A stretch of 64,000 nt of DNA, taken from NCBI GenBank assembly GCA_964016885.1, contig OZ024762.1, positions 25,234,001 through 25,298,000 of the forward strand, read 5' to 3'. Under the pieces are notes generated by a model. That model was not told the origin of the DNA. It was given only the letters and a program-made list of their open reading frames with translations, and searched no databases. The DNA comes from Eledone cirrhosa (Eukaryota). Within the stretch, counting starts at the first letter, position 1, and each line of letters opens with the position of its first letter. The translations under genes and the position numbers were made by a program. Shown piece after piece: positions 26,123-42,685 of this stretch.

Positions 26123-26437
26123 CTGTGTGTGTATGTCTGTGTGTGCATACATTCCACGCACATTCATAGAAACAAATTGTCTTACTAAATATTATCTCTA
26201 TGTGAATAAATACACGTGCGCTCACACACATATACATATATATATACATATGTATATACATATGTATATATATATACATATGTATATATATATACATATA
26301 TATATATATACACACATATATATATATATATACCTTTCATATACTGTACCTATTGTGTTAGTTTTGTTTACCTTTTACACATACACACACACACATACAC
26401 ACACACACTCACACGCACATACACACACACACGCCTG

Positions 26438-26485
<48 letters not shown>

Positions 26486-26631
26486 TCGGAAAATTCTATA
26501 AATCAAATAACAGAAGGAATGCAATATTCGAAATTGAAGAGACCCCTACAATATCTAATAACTTGTCTTTATATCTCCGTTCTAGAGACAGACATCACAA
26601 GGATATCTCAGGTTTTGGTATATATATATAT

Positions 26632-26683
<52 letters not shown>

Positions 26684-27467
26684 GGGGGGGGGGGATAAAA
26701 TTAACGTCAAGGATATGCCACAGCAACATGCAAAATTGTGATGTATAGCTAAGAATGTTTTAAGACAAATTATGGTGTCATTTATGGCAGAACTTTTAAT
26801 GTCTATTTTCATTACAAATGGAGTCGATGGTTGATGATCTGTAGCTTGTCACAGTGGAAATATGAACCAGAGAAACAATTGTTCCACAATTGACACAATA
26901 TTTATGAAACTTTTTCTTCCTTTAACGAAGAGAAGACCCAACATGCCATTCGCTTAATGAGAAGGATGGAACTCGTTCAATCTGACCCAGGAAGCAATTT
27001 TTTCATTGGTCTTTCCTAAAGTTTATGCTATATGTATGGGTTTTAACAGAAGGCAGAACAGGAAATAAAGATCATTGCGCATGCGCAAAGTCATTGCATA
27101 CTCCTGAAATCGAATTCATAACCTCACAATCGTGAATCTAACGCCCTAATCAGTAAGCCAGCAACTGATCCGATGAAATAGTTTGTAACAATGTAAAATG
27201 AATTATTGCTAGCTTAGCAAGGAATACCATGACGTAGTGGAATTGTTAGCCTGAATGAGACATTTTGTAGGAGAGCCACAAGGGAGATAACAAACACAAA
27301 CCACGGAAGAGATACCTGAGACGTACAAAAACTTTCAATCATCTGAAAATTGAGTCTGATTCAATTAATATAGATTACAGGGTAAGAGAGAAGATGAAAT
27401 AAGCTTAAAGTTTTACACAACTACAATCAGATAAAGACCGTAAAACCTGCAGATTTTTCTGAATAAC

Positions 27468-27498
<31 letters not shown>

Positions 27499-27580
27499 GC
27501 GCGCCGCATATAATTATATATATATACAAACATATTTCTATATAAACTTATATATCTTTGCGCATGTATGTGTGTATGGA

Positions 27581-27640
<60 letters not shown>

Positions 27641-28152
27641 TAAACGGAATAGAAAATGCTGACAAATTGTTCACAGTTGAAAAATGGTTTAATTAGGAAT
27701 AAAAGAGTATTAGTGATTGTATGGGTTAGTATTCAGTTGTGGTTTTAAGTTTTTAAGTTTTTACCGGTTGCGCATTTCTAAATGCTTTTCAAAAATAATT
27801 TTGAGATAGAGTGTCCGTGCTGTTTGCTCTGATCTGATTAGTTTTGGGAATTCTACCCGTTTTTATGTTAAAAAAGTGGCTCCAGCGTTATTTTTGTGTT
27901 GCAAAAATGCTTGTGGTCAAAACAATTTTGATTGGTCGGTAGAGGTCATGTGAATGTAAAAAGTTGATTTTGCGCCAAGACTGTTTTTATGTTAAAATGT
28001 TAAAAATGTGGCTCCAGCAAAAATGATTGGTCAAAACAATTTTGATTGGTCGGTAGAGGTCATGTGGATAAAAAATTGGTTTTGCGCCAAGATTGAGAAA
28101 TGACTCTTTCACAACAAATATGTGTGTGTGTGTGTGTATGTGTGTGTGTGTG

Positions 28153-28187
<35 letters not shown>

Positions 28188-28258
28188 AGTAGTAGTAGTA
28201 AGGTGTTCGATGCTGCGACAATGGCCAGCAGCGATGTGTGTCAAATGGCTATTAAGAT

Positions 28259-28329
<71 letters not shown>

Positions 28330-28607
28330 GCAGAGTCATTCGAAGGTCAAAAGATATTTTTCAGCTTTTGTCTTATACGGAGAAGTGCGTGTGTGTGTGT
28401 GTGTGTGTGTATATAAGTCTCTTTGTATGTTGATGTACGCGTGTGTATGTGTTTGTGTATATATGTGTGTGTGTGTGTGTGTGTGTGGGTGGACCAGTAT
28501 TTTTTTCGCCCTGGTAAAATGGTGTACATTATTCGATTTTTAGTTTTGGTTGATTTAATTTAGGGTGTCTAAGGTCCTGGAATCCAACGTGCCCTAAAAC
28601 TCAGTAC

Positions 28608-29254
28608 CCAGGACCTTAGACACCCTAAAGTAAATCAACCAAAACTAAAAGCTCTTCCATACATCTCCACACACAACCCCCTCAACAATGAGGCCTTTGA
28701 CACCATCCTCCAGAACATCCCTGTATTGAAAAAGGACCATAGAATGAACCAAATTCTACGAACACACGATATCATAAAGAGCAAAAGACAATCCAAGTCA
28801 ATGAAAAACATCTTAACACATGCCAACCACAACAACGAAACCCACAGTAAAAAAATGCGATAGACCTAACTGTGGCATTTGCATCAACCTAATAGAGGGT
28901 TAGGAATTCTATTTCAAAGATGGACAACGTTTTATAGTAAAACACAATTTCACATGTGCATCGGGAAATCTAATATATGTATTAACTTGTTCAGGTTGTC
29001 GAGAACAATACATAGGCCAGACCAAAAACAGCCTCCGCCAACGCATGACTGTCCATAGATCCCAAATTAAAATACGGGAATACAGGAAAATACCACTGAG
29101 TGAACACATTGATACTTGTGCCGCCCAAAATCATCCCAACTTCAGAATCTTTCCCCTCTACAAATTTAAAGATAATGCCACCCACACCCAGCGCATCAGC
29201 AAGGAATCTTACTTCATTACCAAATACGGACCCCGTCGAAACACTTCTCCCTAA
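28608..29254 (+). pseudogene. PLE linker plus GIY-YIG endonuclease remnant
   Basis: LPYISTHNP, KCDRPNCGIC, FTCASGNLIYVLTCSGCREQYIGQTKNSLRQRMTVHR, LSEH, ESYFITKY; one frameshift and one stop. Confidence 0.88.
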
Positions 29255-29730
29255 GACGAACACACAACATACACACGTCAACATACATACCTACATCAGC
29301 ACACATCTCTACCTACATATAAACACAATGACACACGTAAACACACATGCTCTGTGGTGCAATACAAAAAAATATATGTGCATATATATGTATGTATATA
29401 TGTATATATATATATATATATATGTAGTGAATGTGTGTGTGTGTGTGTATATATATAGTGAATATCATTTCACACCTTTTATTGTTAAGATTTTTGATGT
29501 TCTATTAAGAGAACCGATTTTACTGAAAAAATCGAATAATGTACACCATTTTACCAGGGGGAAAAAAATACTGGTCCACCCACACACACACATACACACA
29601 CACACATATATACACAAACACATACACACGCGTACATCAACATACAAAGAGACTTATATACACACACACACACACTTCTCCGTATAAGACAAAAGCTGAA
29701 AAATATCTTTTGACCTTCGAATGACTCTGC

Positions 29731-29797
<67 letters not shown>

Positions 29798-30119
29798 TTG
29801 TTGTGAAAGAGTCATTTCTCAATCTTGGCGCAAAACCAATTTTTTATCCACATGACCTCTACCGACCAATCAAAATTGTTTTGACCAATCATTTTTGCTG
29901 GAGCCACATTTCTAACATTTTAACATAAAAACAGTCTTGGCGCAAAATCAACTTTTTACATTCACATGACCTCTACCGACCAATCAAAATTGTTTTGACC
30001 ACAAGCATTTTTGCAACACAAAAATAACGCTGGAGCCACTTTTTTAACATAAAAACGGGTAGAATTCCCAAAACTAATCAGATCAGAGCAAACAGCACGG
30101 ACACTCTATCTCAAAATTA

Positions 30120-30156
30120 TTTTTGAAAAGCATTTAGAAATGCGCAACCGGTAAAA
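30120..30156 (+). ncRNA. Variant hammerhead (family G: UUGAAAA core, GCAA in place of GAAA)
   Basis: TTT-TTGAAAA-GCATTT-AG-AAATGC-GCAA-CCGG-TA-AAA. Same core at 27759-27795 (-), 35112-35147 (-), 46208-46244 (-) and 46319-46357 (+). Confidence 0.65.
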
Positions 30157-30313
30157 ACTTAAAAACTTAAAACCACAACTGAATACTAACCCATACAATC
30201 ACTAATACTCTTTTATTCCTAATTAAACCATTTTTCAACTGTGAACAATTTGTCAGCATTTTCTATTCCGTTTACCAATATATAATAACTTGTGTGTTAC
30301 ACCTCTATTCTTT

Positions 30314-30392
<79 letters not shown>

Positions 30393-31048
30393 GTGATAAA
30401 CGATATTCAATGAGTATGTCAAAGAATGAGTTTTACAGTAGATTGGAAGCACTCTACGGTAAAAATAATTTTCCGGAGTTATTAATATTAAAATATAAAT
30501 ATTAATAAAATAGATGTTCTTTTCATCAATTACATTTTATTATACATATTTCGGATGTACAACAGTACGTCCTCATCAGACAAAATATAATGATACATGA
30601 CATACCCTGAGATGTTAAATGGTTAATATTTAATCAAGGTAGTGATTAACCCAAGAGAAAATTTTACATATATAGCCTAATTATGAGAAAATGCATAAAC
30701 GTAATAAATTCATTAGAGAATGTGTGAGTAAGAAAAAACGTTGCTTACTGTAACTCTTCTAGAGATTTTAAAATGTATGATACTACGATATATCTAGGAA
30801 AACGTCTCATGAATCATAACAGAGAGTGATAGCCACTGGAAAAGGATTTATAAAGATGGAAATATAAAGGGGGGGGGGGTGATATATGCAGAAGGAGATT
30901 TTTTCCGAAAGTTAAACGGTTAAATTTGAAAATATTTAATTTTGAATATTAGGGTGAAGACTCCAGATTTCAGGATTATTTGCTGGTTATTTATATATTA
31001 TTTTTATAAATTCAATAAGTGTGTTATCATTTCTAAGCTTCTGAATTT

Positions 31049-32407
31049 TATGATTTTAACAGCCAGAAGAACTCTCATTAACTTCAATAACGAATTTTGG
31101 ACACGCTCAGATAGAGATAGAAACTTTGATATCACTATGGGTGCATCCGATTCCGCGCAAATCACAGATCTTCTGGGAATGTTCATATTAAACATGATAA
31201 ATAGAAAACTGCCGGAGATTACCGGTGGTTTATATAGGGACGACACTTTATTTACGGTGGTCAAACACAACAATATAGAACTAAATAGAGTTAAGAAAAG
31301 TATAATAGAATTCTTTAAAACGTACGACCTTAAATTAGAAGTAGAAAATGATACCAAAATAGTTAATTTCCTTGACGTTACCTTTAACTTAAACACTGGC
31401 TTCTATTTCCCTTTTCATAAGCCTAATGAAAACTTAAATTATGTTAGTAACCATTCCAATCACCCTAAATCTGTAAAAAAAAGCTATAGTAAATAGTGTG
31501 AAAAAACGTATTAATAAAATATCAGCTAATAAAGATATATTTGATAAAAACGCTGAATACTACAACAACGCGTTAAAAAGAGCAGGTTATACGAATAATA
31601 TAGAATATGTAGATAATAATAATCCAAGTATTATTCCTAATAATAATAATAAAAATAATAACATATATAAATATATAAGAGAAACTCTAATAATTATAAT
31701 TCAAACACCCATACGCTAAATAAATCGAGAATACGAACTAGATCTAAACCAGTCATATGGTTTACCCCCTCCCCCCTGCTTCGGTCGCAGTTAAAACACC
31801 AATTGCAAAATTATTCTTTAAAGCTCTTGACACCTCTTTCCCTACTCAACATAAAAACCATTCCATTTTTAATAGGCATACCATTAAATTCTGACATTCT
31901 ACAACCAGTAACATGGCCCAAAACATTGCCAAATTAAACGCCAAAATCCTAAAACCAAATAATAGAGTTAACATAAATGATCCTAACCCAAAATGTAATT
32001 GTAGAAATAAAACTAATTGCCCTTTGCAAAATAATTGTTTAGATAGTAATTTGGTTTATAAATGCACCGTAAAAACTGATCACAAAACATACAACTACAT
32101 TGGTTCGACCTCGTCCACATTCAAAGCCCGTTTTGCGAACTATAAATGCTCATTCTCGAACTCTAAGAGGAAATCATCCACGTCTTTATCACAGCTCATA
32201 TGGTCATTAAAAGAGAAGAATCTAAAATACTCCATTCTTTGGCCTAAACTTCGGAACTGTGGACTTTACCGCAACTCTAGTATATCAAATAACTGCCCGC
32301 TCTGTACAATGGAGACCCTGTGGATTATTAATATCTATGAGACCCTAATTAACAAAAAAAGTGAATTATTCTCTAGTTGCCTCCATAAAGCTACGTCCAC
32401 TTTTTAA
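31049..32407 (+). pseudogene. Decayed PLE RT C-terminal half plus GIY-YIG
   Basis: FDITMGASDSAQITDLLG, GGLYRDD, VNFLDVTF, SNHP, CNCRNKTNCPLQNNC, VYKC..YIGST, CPLCTME, LINKKSELFSSCLH; frameshifts and stops. Confidence 0.9.
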
Positions 32408-33069
32408 GCCTCACATAAAACGAGAAAAAAAGAGGCAATAACACCAAACCAATAATAACTCGGTTACCAAGAATCAACAGTGAAAAACATTAATGGCCTT
32501 TAATATTGCTTTATATTATAGCTATCTATAGAAGAAACAACGCTCGAATGAATGACTCTTGTTCAATAACATGCTGGAACATTGATACACATAACATTAT
32601 TTTGTTAATTTTGATCAATACCATCATTTCTTTATTTCTTTATTTCTCTATCTATCTTCCTATCTATGCTTATAATTTAGTATAATACCTAATCCTTACA
32701 TATTTACGGAATTTATCTGTAACTGTGAATTTTTAATACATTTTTTATCTCTTATTTATAGTATAATATAATATAGTATATGCATATATTTCTTTTAAAT
32801 ATATTTACTGCACTTTAAAATCTAAAATTTAAGACAGATTCAAACTTATATATAAATGTGAATTTTTGCTGCGCCTTTGATCTCTTATGTATAATATAAT
32901 GAATTATAATAAGTATGTAGTTATATATTATATTTTATATATTTTTAAATATTTTTAAATATACCTACCACATTTCTATATGTATGATTCAAATATAGAG
33001 AAAATATCCAAACTAAAACTTATTATAAACATTATTTTGAACTCTGAATTATCCATACACACATTATTG

Positions 33070-33134
<65 letters not shown>

Positions 33135-34057
33135 ATTTAAATGTAACACGTTGAACTCTACTTTATAAAATTATAACTGTTATCATTTACCTAAAGTATA
33201 CTACACTATTAATACCTAATATATATCTATATATATACCTCCCTATATCTAATAATATGTTGATATCTTGGTTGAAGAATAATTAGTACATTTACACCCA
33301 GTTATACATAGGTGTATATTTATCCTTAACATGCCTCAATCTATTATCTTATTCTATTTTTATCTTCGTCGTTATTAAACATACTGGCTCATTAATATAT
33401 ACCTATAATATATACCTTAAACATACTGGCTCATTAATATATACCTATATACATAATAGTTATTTAAATATGTATAACAATAAGTACTTCAAAAGCTTTA
33501 CATACCTAATATGTTGGTATCTTTGTGAAAGTTTAAATTTAGGTAAATAATCAACAGTTTAATATTTCATTCTTTATGTGCCAGCTAAATCCTTTAAATG
33601 TTACCCTCATAAAATTCAGAAGCTTAGAAATGATAACACACGTATTGAATTTATAAAAGTAATATATAAATAACCAGCAAATAATCCTGAAATCTGGAAT
33701 CTTCACCCTAACATTAAAAGTTAAATATTTTCAAATTTAACCGTTTAACTTTCGGAAAACATCTCCTTCTGCATATATCACCCCAACACTTATCTTTCCA
33801 TCTTTATAAATCCTTTTCCAGTGGCTATCACTGGCTGTTATGATGAATGTGATGTTTTCCTAGATATATCGTGGTATCATACATTTAAAAATCTCTAGAA
33901 CAGTTACAGTAAGCAACGTTTTTTCTTACTCACACATTCTCTAATGAATTTATTACGTTTTCGCATTTTCTCATAATTAAAATTTCCTCTTGGGTTAATC
34001 ACTACCTTGATTAAATCTTAACCATTTAACATCTCAGGGTATGTCATGTATCATTAT

Positions 34058-34110
34058 ATTTTGTCTGATGAGGACGTACTGTTATACATCCGAAATATGT
34101 ATAATAAAAT
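34058..34110 (+). ncRNA. Type I hammerhead in PLE3 terminal repeat (inverted copy at 30534-30586)
   Basis: ATTTTGT-CTGATGA-GGA-C-GTAC/TGTT/RTAC-A-TCC-GAAA-TATGTA-TA-ATAAAAT. Confidence 0.88.
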
Positions 34111-34188
34111 GTAATTGATGAAAAGAACATCTATTTTATTAATATTTATATTTTAATATATATATATATATATATATACACATAAATG

Positions 34189-34381
<193 letters not shown>

Positions 34382-34615
34382 AACAGACCTATTATATTAA
34401 ATCTTTGTTGGTTTTTTCAATAAACATATATCATTATTTCTGAAGACAGCATATATATGTGTAGGTATGTATATTCCCTCTGATAGTTTATAAAAAATTT
34501 ACATAGATCTATATGATATACATACCAACACAAGCACATATATATCCTAGAAACGATCGTAAAATGATGAATTTTTTAATATAAGGAACTGTTTCTTTGT
34601 TCATTATTTTTATTA

Positions 34616-34736
<121 letters not shown>

Positions 34737-34749
34737 ATAATAATAATAA

Positions 34750-34937
34750 AAATGTTCCCGTTCTTTGCCAGCGAACGTTACCACGAACCAAAGTATCGTC
34801 TTCCTGTCTTCCTCCGGTTGCAACGTTTTTTGAAATATCCAGTTCTGCGTTTACAGATTGACTTTGTTAATTTCAGAAGATCCCGTTAAGGGTGAAAGCA
34901 GCGGTTCTTTGCTTAAACTTTAATCTGTTATGTTAAT
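34750..34937 (+). mobile_element. Family I repeat (probable PLE terminal repeat) ending in (TA)n
   Basis: Homologous to about 36340-36560 and 40545-40968. Short antisense 3' fragments at 24048-24082 and 37588-37637. All end at ...AATCTGTTATTTTAAT. Confidence 0.75.
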
Positions 34938-34957
34938 AAATATATATATATATATAT

Positions 34958-35366
<409 letters not shown>

Positions 35367-35856
35367 CATATATATAATTGTATAGTATTAGTAATTGAAA
35401 GACCAATGGTCCATGATCCGATTCGATGAAAGCCGATCGGCTGTCGACATATATACACACATATATATATACACATATATATATATATATACACTACACA
35501 TATATGTATACACATGAGAGAGAGAGAGAGAGAGAGAGTGGGGGTGGGGGGTATAGATAGATAGTTACTTAAGAGACACGTGTTAGTTTAGAACAAGCGA
35601 TCAGATGTGACATGAGTCACAAGAAGACGATATTACTGTGTATATACACTGACATGTTTGTCGTTTCATATAACCAGGCACGGCAGAAACCATCCTCTAA
35701 CAGACTGACTGGAAGCTACATCATTCCCAACATTAACAAACAAAACAGCATGTACGTGTGTACACACACACACACACACACATATGTATATATATATATA
35801 TATATGTATATGTATATATGCATTTATTCAAACATGTATGTATGCCTGTTTGTATC

Positions 35857-35907
<51 letters not shown>

Positions 35908-36491
35908 TTATATATATAACTGCTCTGTAAAACAACTGATGTTATTACATTGAGCTATTTATCTTACTGGTAATAAGATAGTAATGAATGACTATCTTTC
36001 ATTATTTGGGGTTTGTATACAAAAAATATATAACCATAAAAGGTTTTATTATATACATAACCATAAATAGTATCCTTAATACTATATATATATATATATA
36101 TATATAAAACTGATGTTGTCTGTGTGTGTGTGTCCTCATTTTCGCAAAGTCTATACAAATCCACATTTCTACTCCTATTGACTTCAAACTTGCATTTATA
36201 TATTCCTTGCGGTCTAAAGATATTAACTGCAGCTCTTATTTTTCAATGTTCTATTGTTAAAGGGGTGTTAGGCGCCGGTTATCCATCTACGTCGCGCTCT
36301 TCTAATATCTGTCTGTATGCCTGGCTGTCTGCAGTATAACATTCTGACGAACATTGATGACGTATTATGTTCGCTATTTTCGGTTCATTGCCAGGGAACG
36401 TCTTCACGAACCAAAGTATCGTCTTCCTATTTTCCTTCGTTTGCAACGTTTTTAGAAATATTTAATTCTGCGTTTACAGATTGATGTTTTT

Positions 36492-36542
36492 AGTTTCAGA
36501 AGATCCCGTTAAGGGTGAAAGCAACGATTCTTTGCTTAAACT
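36492..36542 (+). ncRNA. Variant hammerhead-like motif (family I: CAGAAGA core)
   Basis: Stem I AGTTT/AAACT, CAGAAGA, T-CCC-gttaa-GGG-T, GAA-AGCA...TGCT-T. Also at 34869-34919 and 40901-40951 (core CAAAAGA). Confidence 0.5.
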
Positions 36543-36559
36543 TTAATCTGTTATTTTAA

Positions 36560-37402
<843 letters not shown>

Positions 37403-37549
37403 GAATAATCGAGTATCGAAAAATCGGCGCACGAGTTCACGATAAACAAAATTGGAGATGAGCGGCAGAGGGCTCTATAATTCAAATAAATCAGAGCTAT
37501 AACTATCGTTAAAATACCGTCACACGTAGAATATGTCTACAATCAACCA

Positions 37550-37594
<45 letters not shown>

Positions 37595-37634
37595 TAACAG
37601 ATTACAGTTTAATCAAAGAATCGCAGCTTTCACC

Positions 37635-37691
<57 letters not shown>

Positions 37692-37882
37692 ACAGGGAGA
37701 AAGGGTCGATTATGAGGAAGAAAAATATATTTTTTTCCTTTTTTGTTTCTCTCTCTCTTTTTTCTGGGTTAGAAAGTGATTAAAACGAAATGTTTTACTT
37801 TGTGTGAAGTGTTAAGTTATTAGTTGATTTATTTATTATTTAACAATGGCATTTATTTATCTATTTATATATTTAATTATTG

Positions 37883-37924
37883 TCTATTACCGGTTTCAGC
37901 ATTTATATGCATTATCAAATGAGA
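37883..37924 (-). ncRNA. Variant hammerhead (family J: UUGAUAA core)
   Basis: Minus strand: TCTCAT-TTGATAA-T-GCAT-ataa-ATGC-T-GAAA-CCGG-TA-ATAGA. Lies in a repeat whose end (37686-37745) recurs at 3511-3567. Confidence 0.7.
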
Positions 37925-38281
37925 GTGAAAAGTATTGGTGTGGTGTTGCACATATTAAACAGAAGGTGCAGAAAGAATAATGTTATATACAAACAAGGTT
38001 TATGAAGTGAAAAGAAAAAAGAAAAAAGAAAAAAGAAAAAAGAAAAAAGAAAAAAGAAAAAAAGAAAAAAATCGTGCATAATGTGGAACGTAAAAAGTCA
38101 ATGTGGAAGAAAAGTTAATGTTATTTACAAGCATAGTCATTGAAGTTAAGCAGTTCAAAATGTGTTAATATCGCAAGAGTGTTTAGTTGAACCATGGTTC
38201 CGTGAAGGAGGCAAATGGTGGACTGTGGTTTGATATGATTTCCCTTTTTATAGAGTTAATATGCAGGGGAAGCAATTCTTG

Positions 38282-38330
<49 letters not shown>

Positions 38331-38559
38331 CCCAAATTCTATAAAACACTGTAAGAAACTGACATTTTCTTCTTCTCTTGTTTGGAAAACAAACAGGATG
38401 GAGAACAATATTAACTGATATATATGACAACAACAGCATCAACATGAACACTATAACCATCACAATAAGTTCAACATGTGATCAACAAGTTCACTATTGA
38501 GGAACGTCATTTGAACAACGAATTTAGATAGACACACACACAAACGCACACACATATAT

Positions 38560-38663
<104 letters not shown>

Positions 38664-38699
38664 TATATAATTTGACCAAAAGTTTATATGGTTATATAT

Positions 38700-39105
38700 G
38701 TCGTATAACCAATCTCTTATATATTTTATCTGATGAAAACGTACTGGAACACAATTGTACCTTTGAAATATGTATAACAGAATATTTACTTTGGCTATGA
38801 TAATATTTCTCATTTATTAATATTTTGAAGAATAACATATATAATTTGATATAGAAATGTCTTATACAAAACTCGAACGGTTTTTTTTTCTGATGATTTC
38901 CTTAGAATGAAAGAGTTCTAGTCCTGTACAAGACATTTTTATATCAAATTATATATATTATTCTTCAAAATATTAATAAATGAGAAATATTATCATAGCC
39001 AAAGTAAATATTATGTTATACATATTTCAAAGGTACAATGGTGTTCCAGAAAGTTTTCATCAGATAAAATATATAAGAGATTGGTTATGTCGTATAACCA
39101 ATCTG
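38700..39105. repeat. Nested inverted repeat built from two hammerhead-bearing families (A outer, C inner)
   Basis: 38707-38878 inverted at 38914-39088. Hammerhead cores at 38730 (+), about 39063 (-) and 38890 (+). GTCGTATAACCAATCT is a direct repeat at 38700 and 39089. Confidence 0.75.
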
Positions 39106-39118
39106 TTATATATTCTCT

Positions 39119-40240
<1,122 letters not shown>

Positions 40241-40254
40241 ATATATATATATTT

Positions 40255-40474
40255 TTTTTTATCGATCGACTTTCGTCAAATCGGACCGAGGGAACAATGT
40301 TTCCGTTGGTCTTTCCAATTGCTAGTACTATCTATCGGTCGCAACTCCAGGTAGAAGGAGCAACGTGAAATAAAGTGTCTTGCCCATGGACATAACGTAT
40401 CGCTTGGTCCAGGAATCGAACTCACAACCTTACGATTGCGAAGCTAATTCTCTAACCACTCAGCCACACGCCTT
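40255..40474 (-). mobile_element. tRNA-derived CORE-type SINE (second SINE family)
   Basis: Minus strand: A-box TGGCTGAGTGG, B-box GTTCGATTCC, CORE-like GTCCATGGGCAAGACACTTTATTTCAC. The 3' boundary is uncertain. Confidence 0.8.
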
Positions 40475-40962
40475 CAATATATAGTATATATATTATATAT
40501 ATATATATTCTGAAGCCGAGAATCATTCGGTTTCCTCGTTAGAATTTTAGTCTACGCCTTCTGTTATACCATTTACGTGGTTTTGTCTTGGCTTGCAATT
40601 GTTCTCCCCGCACCACATATGACGTACGTATTATCTTCGTTTTTTGCGTTCATTGCCAGAGAACGTCTCTATGAACCACCTAATAAAACATTAGTCTACG
40701 ACGTCTTTTATACCATACACGTGGTTATGTCTTTGCGTGTAATTGTTTTTCACCGCTCCAAATAATGACGTATTATATTCGTTTTTTTTTCGTTCTTTGC
40801 CAGGGAACGTTTCCACGAACCAAAATATCGTCTTCCTGTCTTCCTCCGGTTGCAACGTTTTTTGAAATATTCACTTCTGCGTTCACAGATTGACTTTGTT
40901 AGTTTCAAAAGATCCCGTTAAGGGTGAAAGCAGCGATTCTTTGCTTAAACTTTCATCTGTTA

Positions 40963-41032
<70 letters not shown>

Positions 41033-41149
41033 GTATAGGATTATCCAAGATGTAGTAATGGTTAATTAGGCTGCAGTACCACCGTGGAAACACTTGTAAG
41101 CACATGGAATAAATTACCTTTTTATGATGTCTACCTGTTATTATTCATT

Positions 41150-41242
<93 letters not shown>

Positions 41243-41580
41243 GATGCTTCTGTGTGGAAAGAAGTTGTTCATAATGTGCAAGAACAGAAGTTTAATAAGA
41301 CCTCTCCATTCGTATTCAGATCGGGGCGGGTCGCCGTTCATTGATGAAAATGCTGTTGAAGAGTGTATATATTTTTTGAACACTCTCTGTATATATGTAT
41401 ATTGTTACAACCCCCAGCAAGAGTAGAAACAACGCCGCCACCATCAGCACCAGCAAAGCCAGCGCCATATATATAATTTGTGTTGATGTAATGTTATATA
41501 ATGTTGTAGGTTTCTTTCTTAAATGTACACCCACACACCCACACATATATATATATGTGTGTGTGTGTCTATGTATATAC

Positions 41581-41612
<32 letters not shown>

Positions 41613-41617
41613 CTATG

Positions 41618-41673
<56 letters not shown>

Positions 41674-41692
41674 TGTATATATATGTAGGTTT

Positions 41693-41786
<94 letters not shown>

Positions 41787-42217
41787 GTTTATATATATAT
41801 GTGCGTGCGTCTATGTGTCTATACAGTATCTTTTAAACATCTATTCATGTATTTCATGTATTTATTCTTTGAATAATGACATTTTACGCAAAATTGTTCC
41901 TAGAACACGATGTTTGCATATTATTAGTTTGAAATTTAGTAACAACAAATTGTGTTAAGTGTATATTAAACTGCTATAGAGACCGAACTAATATCATTCT
42001 ATACGTCACACAAATACAGATCTATAGATACACACACACACGGGCGCACACATACACACACAGACATATACGTACTAACAGACACTCATACGAACGTAAG
42101 CAACATATATATACACACACACACATATATGTATATACACATATATATATATATACATATATATGTATATACAAATATACATACGTACATATATATTTAT
42201 ATTTATATTTATATCTA

Positions 42218-42335
<118 letters not shown>

Positions 42336-42601
42336 AACGGAAAAAATGAAACGAAATTTCCTTTCCCACTCTTAGTACGGCTGTTACTTACATATAAGTA
42401 TGTACACGTACATACATATATGTATACACACGTACAGTAGTATGTATATATATATATACATACATGCACACATATATATACGTACGTATGGATTCACCGA
42501 ACATTTATTATAATGCTCGGTGTGTTTGTAAACAAACATCCCGTATTAAGCCGTAGTGTCTAGCAACCATCGTTGCTCGTTTGTTCAACACTGACAAAGG
42601 A

Positions 42602-42644
42602 ACGCTGTACTAGTTTCAAGCTTATTAGCTATCGTCAGCAACGT
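42602..42644 (-). ncRNA. Type I hammerhead ribozyme (family K)
   Basis: Minus strand: ACGTTG-CTGACGA-T-AGCT-aata-AGCT-T-GAAA-CTAG-TA-CAGCGT; 6-bp stem I and palindromic stem III. Confidence 0.85.
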
Positions 42645-42685
42645 ATACCTTCCTGCCATTGATACGCCATTGATACGCCATTGAG

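Larger units (their letters stand above)
27637..30318 (+). mobile_element. Penelope-like retroelement 2 (Neptune-type endonuclease), 5'-truncated with long inverted terminal repeat
   Basis: 27637-28541 is an inverted copy of 29526-30280; GIY-YIG remnant between them; roughly 38-nt tail 30281-30318; flanked by (TA)n. Confidence 0.9.
30389..34157 (+). mobile_element. Penelope-like retroelement 3 (probably Naiad clade), 5'-truncated with inverted terminal repeat
   Basis: 30487-31053 is an inverted copy of 33607-34157. A roughly 98-nt extra tail lies on the inverted (left) arm. Both ends in (TA)n. Confidence 0.92.

Noticed and set aside
31891-31895. In-frame TGA in PLE3 as selenocysteine
   Set aside because: It aligns with Ser in TIKLSYS of PLE1, not with Cys; an ordinary nonsense mutation.
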